From: Eledone cirrhosa
Lineage: Eukaryota
Reading direction: 5' to 3'
Assembly: GCA_964016885.1 (NCBI GenBank)
Contig: CAXHJY010000889.1
Location: 64,001 to 128,000 of the forward strand
Length of the DNA stretch: 64,000 nucleotides
Shown here in pieces: positions 13,601 to 25,740 of the stretch. A program made the translations under genes and the position numbers. The notes under the pieces were generated by a model. That model was not told the DNA's origin. It did no database searches and worked only from the letters and a program-made list of their open reading frames with translations. The number at the start of each line of letters is the position of its first letter. Position 1 is the first letter of the stretch.

Positions 13601-16600
13601 TCTAAGGATTGGGTTTAAGTCTAAGTCTAAGTCTAGTTGTTGGGATTTAAGTCCAAATCTAAGACTTGGGGTTGGGATTCAACTCTAAGTCTAAGGCTTG
13701 GTGTTGGGGTTTGAATCTATGTGTATGGCTTGGGGTTTAACTCGAAGTCTAAGGCTTAATGTTGGGGTTTAAGTCTAAGTCTAATGCTATTGGTTGGGGT
13801 TTATGTCGATGTCTAAAGCTTCGGGTTGGGGTTTAAGTTTAAGTCTAAGGCTTGGATTTTGGGTTTAAGTCTAAGTCTAAGTCTAATGTGGTTGGGGTTT
13901 AAGACCAAGTCTAAGGCTCGGAGCTGGGGTTTAAGTCTATTGCTAAGTCTTGAGGTTGGTGTTTAAATCTATGTCTATGGCTTGGAGTTTAAGTCTAAGT
14001 CTAATACTAGTGGTTAGGTTTTAAGTCTAAGTCTAAGGCTTGGGGTTGAGGTTCAAGTCTAAGTCTAAGGCTTGAGGTTGGGGTTTAAGTCTACGTCTAA
14101 GGTTTGAGGTTGGTGTTTAAATCTATGTCTATGGCTTGGGGTTTAAGTCTAAATCTAAGACTTATGGTTGGGGTAAGTCTAAGTCTAATGCTTGTGGTTG
14201 GGGTTTAAGTCTAAATCTAAGACTTTCGGTTGGGGTTTAAGTTTACAAGCTGGGCTAAGGCTTGGGGTTAGGTTTTAAGTCTAAGGCTTGAGGTTGGGGT
14301 TTAAGTCTAAGTCTAAGTCTTGAAGTTGAGGTTTAAATCTATGTCTATGGCTTGGAGTTTAAGTCTAAGTCTAATGCTAGTGGTTGGGGTTTAAGTCTAA
14401 GTCTAAGGCTTGGGGTTAGGGTTTAAGTTTAAGTCTAAAGCTTCGGTTTGGGGTTTCAGTTTAATTCGAAGGCTTTCGGTAGAGGTTTAAGTCTACGACT
14501 AAGGCTTGGTGTTGGTTTTTAAGTGTAAGGTTTAAGTCTAAGTCTTATGCTTGTGGTTGGGGTTTAAGTCGAAGTCTAAGGCTTGGGCTTGGTGTATAAA
14601 TCTAAGTCTAACGCTTGTGCTTGATCTTCAAGTCTAACTCTATGGTTTGGGGTTGTGGTGTAAATCTAAGTCTAAGGCTTGGGGTTCGGGTTTAAATCTA
14701 AGTCTAAGGCTTGGTGTTGGGGTTTGAGTCTAAGTATAAGGCGTGTGGTTGGGGTTTATGTCTAAGACTAAGGCATGGGGTAAGGGTTTAAGTCTAAGGC
14801 TAAGGCTTGGGGTTAGGATGTGAGTATAAATCTAATGCTTGGCGTTAGGGTTTAAGTCTAAGTCTAAGGCTTGGGTTTGGGGTATAAATCTAATTATAAG
14901 GATAAGGTTGGGGTTCGGGTTTAAGACTAAGTGTTGTGGTTAGGATTTAATTCTAAGGCTTGGCGTTGGGGTTTACGTCTAAGTCTAAAGCTTGGGGTAG
15001 GGGTTTAAGTCATGTCGAAGGCTTGGAGTTTAAGTCTAACTCTAAGGCTTTGGTTTGGGGTTTAAGACTACGTGTAAGGCTTGAGGTTGGGGTTTAAGTC
15101 TAAGTCTTGGAGTTGGGGTTTAATTTTACGTCTAAGGCTTGGGTTTGTGGTTTAAGTCTAAGTCTAAGAGTTGGTATTAGTCTTTAAATCTAAGGCTTGG
15201 ATTTGGGGTGTAAGTCTAAGTCTAAGGCTTGTGGTTGGGGTCTAAATCCATGTCTAAGGCTTAGGGTTTAAGTCTAAGTCTAAAGCTTAATGTTGGGGAT
15301 TAAGTCTAAGTCTAAGACTTAAGGTTGGGGTTTAAGTCTACGTCTAAGGCTTGTGGTTGGGTTTTATGTAGAAGTCTAAACATGGGGTTGGGGTTTAAGT
15401 CTATGTCTAAGGCTTGGGATTGGGGTTTAAGTCTAAGTCTAAGGATTTGTGTTGGTTTTTAAGTTTACGTGTTGGGGTTTGGGGTTAAGTTGTAAGTCTA
15501 AAGCTTGTTATAAGGGTTTAATTCTAAGGCTTGGGGTTGTGGTTTAAGTCTATGTATAAGACTTGGGGTTGGGGTTTAATTCTAAGTCTAAGGCTTTGGT
15601 TTGGGGTTAGTGTCTAAGTCTAAGGCTTGAGGTTGGGATTTAAATCTAAGTCTAAGTCTTGGAGTTGGGGTTTAAGTTTACGTCTAAGGTAAGGGGTTGG
15701 GGTGTAAGTCTAAGTCTAAGGCTTTGGGTTGGGGTTTATGTCTAAGTCTAAGGCTTTGGGTTGGGGTTTAAGTCTAAGTCTAAGCCTTTTGGTTGGTGTT
15801 TAAGTGTATGTCTAAGGGTTGGTGTTGGATTTAAGTCTAAGTCAAATGCTTGGGTTTGGGCTTTATGTCTAAGTCTAAGTCTTGGGGTTGGGGTTTAAGT
15901 CTAAGTTTAAAGCTTGGAGCTGGGGTTTAACTCTAAGTCTAAGTCTTGAGGTTGGGGTTTAAATCTATGTCTATGGCGTGGAGTTTAAGTCTAAGTCTAA
16001 TGCTAGTGGTTGGGTTTTAAGTCTAAGTCAAATGCTTGGGTTTGGGCTTTATGTCTAAGTCTAAGTCTTGGGGTTGGGGTTTAAGTCTAAGTTTAAGGCT
16101 TGGAGCTGGGGTTTAACTCTAAGTCTAAGTCTTGAGGTTGGGGTTTAAATCTATGTCTATGGCGTGGAGTTTAAGTCTAAGTCTAATGCTAGTGGTTGGG
16201 TTTAAAGTCTAAGTCTTAGGCTTGGGGTTGGGGTTCAAGTCTAAGTCTAAGGCTTAAGGTTGGGGTTAAGTCTAAGTCTAAGACTTGGGGTTGGGGTTTA
16301 AGTCTAAGTTTAAGGCTTGGAGCTGGGGTTTAACTCTAAGTCTAAGTCTTGAGGTTGGGGTTTAAATCTATGTCTATGGCGTGGAGTTTAAGTCTAAGTC
16401 TAATGCTAGTGGTTGGGTTTTAAGTCTAAGTCTTAGGCTTGGGGTTCAAGTCTAAGTCTAAGGCTTAAGGTTGGGGTTAAGTCTAAGTCAAAAGGTTGGG
16501 GTTTAAGTCTAAGGCTTGGGGTTAGGGTTTATGTCTAAGGCTTGGTGTTGGGGGTTTAAGTCTAAGGATTGGGTTTAAGTCTAAGTCTAAGTCTAGTTGT

Positions 16601-17442
16601 TGGGATTTAAGTCCAAATCTAAGACTTGGGGTTGGGATTCAACTCTAAGTCTAAGGCTTGGTGTTGGGGTTTGAATCTATGTGTATGGCTTGGGGTTTAA
16701 CTCGAAGTCTAAGGCTTAATGTTGGGGTTTAAGTCTAAGTCTAATGCTATTGGTTGGGGTTTATGTCGATGTCTAAAGCTTCGGGTTGGGGTTTAAGTTT
16801 AAGTCTAAGGCTTGGATTTTGGGTTTAAGTCTAAGTCTAAGTCTAATGTGGTTTAAGACCAAGTCTAAGGCTTGGAGCTGGGGTTTAAGTCTATTGCTAA
16901 GTCTTGAGGTTGGTGTTTAAATCTATGTCTATGGCTTGGAGTTTAAGTCTAAGTCTAATACTAGTGGTTAGGTTTTAAGTCTAAGTCTAAGGCTTGGGGT
17001 TGAGGTTCAAGTCTAAGTCTAAGGCTTGAGGTTGGGGTTTAAGTCTACGTCTAAGGTTTGAGGTTGGTGTTTAAATCTATGTCTATGGCTTGGGGTTTAA
17101 GTCTAAATCTAAGACTTATGGTTGGGGTAAGTCTAAGTCTAATGCTTGTGGTTGGGGTTTAAGTCTAAATCTAAGACTTTCGGTTGGGGTTTAAGTTTAC
17201 AAGCTGGGCTAAGGCTTGGGGTTAGGTTTTAAGTCTAAGGCTTGAGGTTGGGGTTTAAGTCTAAGTCTAAGTCTTGAAGTTGAGGTTTAAATCTATGTCT
17301 ATAGCTTGGAGTTTAAGTCTAAGTCTAATGCTAGTGGTTGGGGTTTAAGTCTAAGTCTAAGGCTTGGGGTTAGGGTTTAAGTTTAAGTCTAAAGCTTCGG
17401 TTTGGGGTTTATGTCTAAGTCTAAGTCTTGGGGTTGGGGTTT
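10626..17442 (+). repeat. G/T-rich satellite B, block B1 (~32-bp consensus aagtctaagtctaaggcttggggttggggttt)
   Basis: Degenerate tandem units built from AAGTCT and GGGGTT hexamers, with G-runs only on the + strand. Internal ~2.95-kb duplication (marker tttacaagctgggc at 14242 and 17196). Confidence 0.97.
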
Positions 17443-20400
17443 AAATCTAAAAAAAACGTAACAAATTAATGCTTTTACAAATCTTTCGAAATATCTACTT
17501 CCTGGCTTCAAATTTTGCAGATTAAACTTTTTTCGAAAAACCTAAAAAAATCAGTTTTCGAAATCAGAAGTTAATATTTCGAAAAACGCAATTTGAAAAA
17601 CGCATATTAATTTTTTTTATACTTTTATATCTGATTTTTTTATACTTTTATATCAGATTTTTTTATACTTTTATATCAGATTTTTTTATACTTTTATATC
17701 TGATTTCAAATATTGATTTTTTTAGGTTTTTCGAAAACTTTATATAATCAATTTTTTTTAGTTTTTTCTAAAAAGAGTTCATAGTCGAAATATATACTTC
17801 CGCATTAATCTTTTTACGTCTTTCTGATTTTTTGCATGTTTCGAAATCTAAAAAAAACGTAACAAATTAATGCTTTTACAAATCTTTCGAAATATCTACT
17901 TCCTGGTTTCAAATTTTGCAGATTAAACTCTTTTCGAAAAACCTAAAAAAATCAGTTTTCGAAATCAGAAGTTAATACTTCGAAAAACACAATTTGAAAA
18001 ACGCAATTTGAAAAACACATATTAATTTTTTTTCGAAAACTTTATATAATCAATTTTTTTATACTTTTAAAAATATTTATATCTGATTTCAAATATTGAT
18101 TTTTTTAGGTTTTTCGAAACCTTATATAATCAATTTTTTTTAGTTTTTTCGAAATATATACTTCTGCATTAATCTTTTTACGTTATTCTGATGTTTTGCA
18201 TATTTCGAAATCTAAAAAAAATGTAAAAATTTAATGCTTTTACAAATCTTTAGAAATATTTACTTTCTGGTTTCAAATTTTGCAGATTAAATTTTTTTCG
18301 AAAAACCTAAAAAAATCATTTTTTGAAATGAGAAGTTAATATTTCGGAAAATGCAATTCGGAAAACGCATATTAATTTTTTTTCGAAAACCTTATATAAT
18401 CGATTTTTTTATACTTTTAGAAATATTTATATCCGATTTCAAATATTGATTTTTTTAGGTTTTTCGAAAACCTTATATAATCAATTTTTTAATACTTTTA
18501 TATCTGATTTTTTTATACTTTTATATCTGATTTCAAATATTGATTTTTTTAGGTCTTTCGAAAACCTTATATAATCAAATTTTTTTAGTTTTTTCGAAAA
18601 AGAGTTCATAGTCGAAATATATACTTCCGCATTAATCTTTTTACGTTTTTCTGATTTTTTGCATGTTTCGAAATCTAAAAAAACCGTAAAAAATTAATGC
18701 TTTTACAAATCTTTAGAAATATTTACTTTCTGGTTTCAAATTTTGCAGATTAAATTTTTTTCGAAAAACCTAAAAAATCAGTTTTCGAAATCAGAAGTTA
18801 ATATTTCGAAATATTGATTTTTTTTAGGTTTTTCGAAAACCTTATATAATTAATTTTTTTAAGGTTTTTCGAAAAAGAGTTCATATATACTTCTGCATTA
18901 ATCTTTTTACGTTTTTCGGTTTTTTTGCATGTAAATCTAAAAAAAACGTAACAAATTAATGCTTTTACAAATCTTTCGAAATATCTACTTCCTGGTTTCA
19001 AATTTTGCAGATTAAACTTTTTTCGAAAAACCTAAAAAAATCAGTTTTGGAAATCAGAAGTTAATATTTCGAAAAACGCAATTTGAAAAACGCAATTTGA
19101 AAAACACATATTAATTTTTTTTCGAAAACTTTATATAATCAATTTTTTTATACTTTTAAAAATATTTATATCTGATTTCAAATATTGATTTTTTTAGGTT
19201 TTTCGGAACCTTATATAATCAATTTTTTTTAGGTTTTTCGAAATATATACTTCTGCATTAATCTTTTTACGTTATTCTGATTTGCATATTTCGAAATCTA
19301 AAAAAAACGTAAAAAATTGATTTTACAAATAATCAATTTTTTTATACTTTTAGAAATATTTATATCTTATTTCAAATATTGATTTTTTAGGTTTTTCGAA
19401 AAAATTGATTATATAAATAATCAATTTTTCTTAGGTTTTTCGAAAAAAGAATGACTGTGAGTCATAGTCGAAATATATACTTCTGTATTAATCTTTTTAC
19501 GTTTTTCAGATTTTTTGCATGTTTCGAAATCTAAAAAAAACGTAAAAAATTAATGCTTTTACAAATCTTTAGAAATATTTACTTTCTGGTTTCAAATTTT
19601 GCAGATTAAATTTTTTTCGAAAAACCTAAAAAAATCAGTTTTCGAAATTAGAAGTTAATATTTCGGAAAATGCAATTTGGAAAACGCATATTAATTTTTT
19701 TTCGAAAACCTTATATAATCGATTTTTTTATACTTTTAGAAATATTTATATCCGATTTCAAATATTGATTTTTTTAGGTTTTTCGAAAACCTTATATAAT
19801 CAATTTTTTTATACTTTTATATCTGATTTCAAATATTGATTTTTTTAGGTTTTTCGAAAACCTTATATAATCAATTTTTTTTAGTTTTTTCGAAAAAGAG
19901 TTCATAGTCAAAATATATACTTCCGCATTAATCTTTTTACGTTTTTCTGATTTTTTGCATGTTTCGAAATCTAACAATAACGTAAAAAATTAATGCTTTT
20001 ACAAATCTTTAGAAATATTTACTTTCTGGTTTCAAATTTTGCAGATTAAATTTTTTTCGAAAAACCTAAAAAATCAGTTTTCGAAATCAGAAGTTAATAT
20101 TTCGAAATATTGATTTTTTTTAGGTTTTTCGAAAACCTTATATAATTAATTTTTTTTATGTTTTTCGAAAAAGAGTTCATATATACTTCTGCATTAATCT
20201 TTTTACGTTTTTCGGTTTTTTTGCATGTAAATCTAAAAAAAACGTAACAAATTAATGCTTTTACAAATCTTTCGAAATATCTACTTCCTGGTTTCAAATT
20301 TTGCAGATTAAACTTTTTTCGAAAAACCTAAAAAAATCAGTTTTCGAAATCAGAAGTTAATACTTCGAAAAACGCAATTTGAAAAACGCAATTTGAAAAA

Positions 20401-23400
20401 CACATATTAATTTTTTTTCGAAAACTTTATATAATCAATTTTTTTATACTTTTAAAAATATTTATATCTGATTTCAAATATTGATTTTTTTAGGTTTTTC
20501 GGAACCTTATATAATCAATTTTTTTTAGGTGTTTCGAAATATATACTTCTGCATTAATCTTTTTACGTTATTCTGATTTTTTGCATATATCGAAATCTAA
20601 AAAAAACGTAAAAATTTAATGCTTTTACAAATCTTTCGAAATATTTACTTTCTGGTTTCAAATTTTGCAGATTAAATTTTTTTCGAAAAACCTAAAAAAA
20701 TCAGTTTTCGAAATCAGAAGTTAATATTTCGGAAAATGCAATTTGGAAAACGCATATTAATTTTTTTTCGAAAACCTTATATAATCGATTTTTTTATACT
20801 TTTAGAAATATTTATATCCGATTTCAAATATTGATTTTTTTAGGTTTTTCGAAAACCTTATATAATCAATTTTTTTATACTTTTATATCTGATTTCAAAT
20901 ATTGATTTTTTTAGGTTTTTCGAAAACCTTATATAATCAATTTTTTTTAGTTTTTTCGAAAAAGAGTTCATAGTCGAAATATATACTTCCGCATTAATCT
21001 TTTTACGTTTTTCTGATTTTTTGCATGTTTCGAAATCTAAAAAAAACGTAAAAAATTAATGCTTTTACAAATCTTTAGAAATATTTACTTTCTGGTTTCA
21101 AATTTTGCAGATTAAATTTTTTTCGAAAAACCTAAAAAATCAGTTTTCGAAATCAGAAGTTAATATTTCGAAATATTGATTTTTTTTAGGTTTTTCGAAA
21201 ACCTTATATAATTAATTTTTTTTATGTTTTTCGAAAAAGAGTTCATATATACTTCTGCATTAATCTTTTTACGTTTTTCGGTTTTTTTGCATGTAAATCT
21301 AAAAAAAACGTAACAAATTAATGCTTTTACAAATCTTTCGAAATATCTACTTCCTGGTTTCAAATTTTGCAGATTAAACTTTTTTCGAAAAACCTAAAAA
21401 AATCAGTTTTCGAAATCAGAAGTTAATACTTCGAAAAACGCAATTTGAAAAACGCAATTTGAAAAACACATATTAATTTTTTTTCGAAAACATTATATAA
21501 TCAATTTTTTAATACTTTTAAAAATATTTATATCTGATTTCAAATATTGATTTTTTTAGGTTTTTCGGAACCTTATATAATCAATTTTTTTTAGGTTTTT
21601 CGAAATATATACTTCTGCATTAATCTTTTTACGTTATTCTGATTTTTTGCATATTTCGAAATCTAAAAAAAACGTAAAAATTTAATGCTTTTACAAATCT
21701 TTCGAAATATTTACTTTCTGGTTTCAAATTTTGTAGATTAAATTTTTTTCGAAAAACCTAAAAAAATCAGTTTTCGAAATCAGAAGTTAATATTTCGAAA
21801 AAAGCAATTTGGAAAACGCATATTAATTTTTTTTCGAAAACCTTATATGATCGATTTTTTTATACTTTTAGAAATATTTATATCCGATTTCAAATATTGA
21901 TTTTTTTAGGTTTTTCGAAAACCTTATATAATCAATTTTTTTATACTTTTATATCTGATTTTTTTATACTTTTATATCTGATTTCAAATATTGATTTTTT
22001 TAGGTTTTTCGAAAACCTTATATAATTAATTTTTTTTAGTTTTTTCTAAAAAGAGTTCATAGTCGAAATATATACTTCCGCATTAATCTTTTTACGTCTT
22101 TCTGATTTTTTGCATGTTTCGAAATCTAAAAAAAACATAACAAATTAATGCTTTTACAAATCTTTCGAAATATCTACTTTTTTCGAAAAACCTATAAAAA
22201 TCAGTTTTCGAAATCAGAAGTTAATACTTCGAAAAACACAATTTGAAAAACGCAATTTGAAAAACACATTAATTTTTTTTCGAAAACTTTATATAATCAA
22301 TTTTTTTATACTTTTAAAAATATTTATATCTGATTTCAAATATTGATTTTTTTAGGTTTTTCGAAACCTTATATAATCAATTTTTTTTAGTTTTTTCGAA
22401 ATATATACTTCTGCATTAATCTTTTTACGTTATTCTGATGTTTTGCATATTTCGAAATCTAAAAAAAATGTAAAAATTTAATGCTTTTACAAATCTTTAG
22501 AAATATTTACTTTCTGGTTTCAAATTTTGCAGATTAAATTTTTTTCGAAAAACCTAAAAAAATCATTTTTTGAAATGAGAAGTTAATATTTCGGAAAATG
22601 CAATTTGGAAAACGCATATTAATTTTTTTTCAAAAACCTTATATAATCGATTTTTTTATACTTTTAGAAATATTTATATCCGATTTCAAATATTGATTTT
22701 TTTAGGTTTTTCGAAAACCTTATATAATCAATTTTTTAATACTTTTATATCTGATTTTTTTATACTTTTATATCTGATTTCAAATATTGATTTTTTTTTA
22801 GGTCTTTCGAAAACCTTATATAATCAATTTTTTTTAGTTTTTTCGAAAAAGAGTTCATAGTCGAAATATATACTTCCGCATTAATCTTTTTACGTTTTTC
22901 TGATTTTTTGCATGTTTCGAAATCTAACAAAAACGTAAAAAATTAATGCTTTTACAAATCTTTAGAAATATTTACTTTCTGGTTTCAAATTTTGCAGATT
23001 AAATTTTTTTCGAAAAACCTAAAAAATCAGTTTTCGAAATCAGAAGTTAATATTTCGAAATATTGATTTTTTTTAGGTTTTTCGAAAACCTTATATAATT
23101 AATTTTTTTTATGTTTTTCGAAAAAGAGTTCATATATACTTCTGCATTAATCTTTTTACGTTTTTCGGTTGTTTTGCATGTAAATCTAAAAAAAACGTAA
23201 CAAATTAATGCTTTTACAAATCTTTCGAAATATCTACTTCCTGGTTTCAAATTTTGCAGATTAAACTTTTTTCGAAAAACCTAAAAAAATCAGTTTTCGA
23301 AATCAGAAGTTAATACTTCGAAAAACGCAATTTGAAAAACGCAATTTGAAAAACACATATTAATTTTTTTTCGAAAACTTTATATAATCAATTTTTTTAT

Positions 23401-25740
23401 ACTTTTAAAAATATTTATATCTGATTTCAAATATTGATTTTTTTAGGTTTTTCGGAACCTTATATAATCAATTTTTTTTAGGTTTTTCGAAATATATACT
23501 TCTGCATTAATCTTTTTACGTTATTCTGATTTTTTGCATATTTCGAAATCTAAAAAAAACGTAAAAATTTAATGCTTTTACAAATCTTTCGAAATATTTA
23601 CTTTCTGGTTTCAAATTTTGTAGATTAAATTTTTTTCGAAAAACCTAAAAAAATCAGTTTTCGAAATCAGAAGTTAATATTTAGAAAAAAGCAATTTGGA
23701 AAACGCATATTAATTTTTTTTCGAAAACCTTATATAATCGATTTTTTTATACTTTTAGAAATATTTATATCCGATTTCAAATATTGATTTTTTTAGGTTT
23801 TTCGAAAACCTTATATAATCAATTTTTTTATACTTTTATATCTGATTTCAAATATTGATTTTTTTAGGTTTTTCGAAAACCTTATATAATCAATTTTTTT
23901 TAGTTTTTTCTAAAAAGAGTTCATAGTCGAAATATATACTTCCGCATTAATCTTTTTACGTTTTTCTGATTTTTTGCATGTTTCGAAATCTAACAAAAAC
24001 GTAAAAAATTAATGCTTTTACAAATCTTTAGAAATATTTACTTTCTGGTTTCAAATTTTGCAGATTAAATTTTTTTCGAAAAACCAAAAAAATCAGTTTC
24101 GAAATCAGAAGTTAATATTTCGAAATATTGATTTTTTTTAGGTTTTTCGAAAAAGAGTTCATATATACTTCTGCATTAATCTTTTTACGTTTTTCGGTTT
24201 TTTTGCATGTAAATCTAAAAAAAACGTAACAAATTAATACTTTTACAAATCTTTCGAAATATCTACTTCCTGGTTTCAAATTTTGCAGATTAAACTTTTT
24301 TCGAAAAACCTAAAAAAATCAGTTTTCGAAATCAGAAGTTAATATTTCGAAAAATGCAATTTGAAAAACGCATATTAATTTTTTTTCGAAAACCTTAAAT
24401 AATCGATTTTTTTATACTTTTAGAAATATTTATATCTGATTTCAAATATTGATTTTTTTAGGTTTTTCGAAAACCTTATATAATCAATTTTTTTTAGTTT
24501 TTTTGAAAAAGAGTTCATAGTCGAAATATATACTTCCGCATTAATCTTTTTACGTTTTTCTGATCTTTTGCATGTTTCGAAATTTAAAAAAAACGTAAAA
24601 AATTAATGCTTTTACAAATAATCAATTTTTTTATACTTTTAGAAATATTTATATCTTATTTCAAATATTGATTTTTTAGGTTTTTCGAAAAAATTGATTA
24701 TATAAATAATCAATTTTTTTTAGGTTTTTCGAAAAAAGAATGACTGTGAGTCATAGTCGAAATATATACTTCGGCATTAATCTTTTTACGTTTTTCTGAT
24801 TTTTTGCATGTTTCGAAATCTAAAAAAAAACTTAAAAAATTAATGCTTTTACAAATCTTTAGAAATATTTACTTTCTGGTTTCAAATTTTGCAGATTAAA
24901 TTTTTTTCGAAAAACCTAAAAAATTAGTTTTCGAAATCAGAAGTTAATATTTCGAAATATTGATTTTTTTTAGGTTTTTCGAAAACCTTATATAAGTAAT
25001 TTTTTTTAGGTTTTTCGAAACATTAATCTTTTTACGTTTTTTGGTTTTTTTGCATGTAAATCTAAAAAAAACGTAACAAATTAGTGCTTTTACAAATCTT
25101 TCGAAATATCTACTTCCTGGTTTCAAATTTTGCAGATTAAACTTTTTTCGAAAAACCTAAAAAAATCAGTTTTCGAAATCAGAAGTTAATACTTCGAAAA
25201 ACGCAATTTGAAAAACGCAATTTGAAAAACACATTAATTTTTTTTCGAAAACTTTATATCAATTTTTTTATACTTTTAAAAATATTTATATCTGATTTCA
25301 AATATTGATTTTTTTAGGTTTTTCGAAATATATACTTCTGCATTAATCTTTTTACGTTATTCTGATTTTTTGCATATTTCGAAATCTAAAAAAAACGTAA
25401 AAATTTAATGCTTTTACAAATCTTTCGAAATATTTACTTTCTGGTTTCAAATTTTGCAGATTAAATTTTTTTCGAAAAACCTAAAAAAATCAGTTTTCGA
25501 AATTAGAAGTTAATATTTTGGAAAATGCAATTTGGAAAACGCATATTAATTTTTTTTCGAAAACCTTATATAATCGATTTTTTTATACTTTTAGAAATAT
25601 TTATATCTGATTTCAAATATTGATTTTTTTATAAAAATCAGTTTTTGAATTCAGAAGTTAATATTTCGAAAAACGCAAATCAATTTGTTTATACTTTTAG
25701 AAATATTTATAACTGATTTCAAATATTGATTTTTTTTAGG
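17443..25740. repeat. AT-rich satellite A, block A2
   Basis: Same motifs and orientation as A1. Segments match A1 at offsets of 14159-14161 and 14268 bp (ORF track). Confidence 0.97.
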
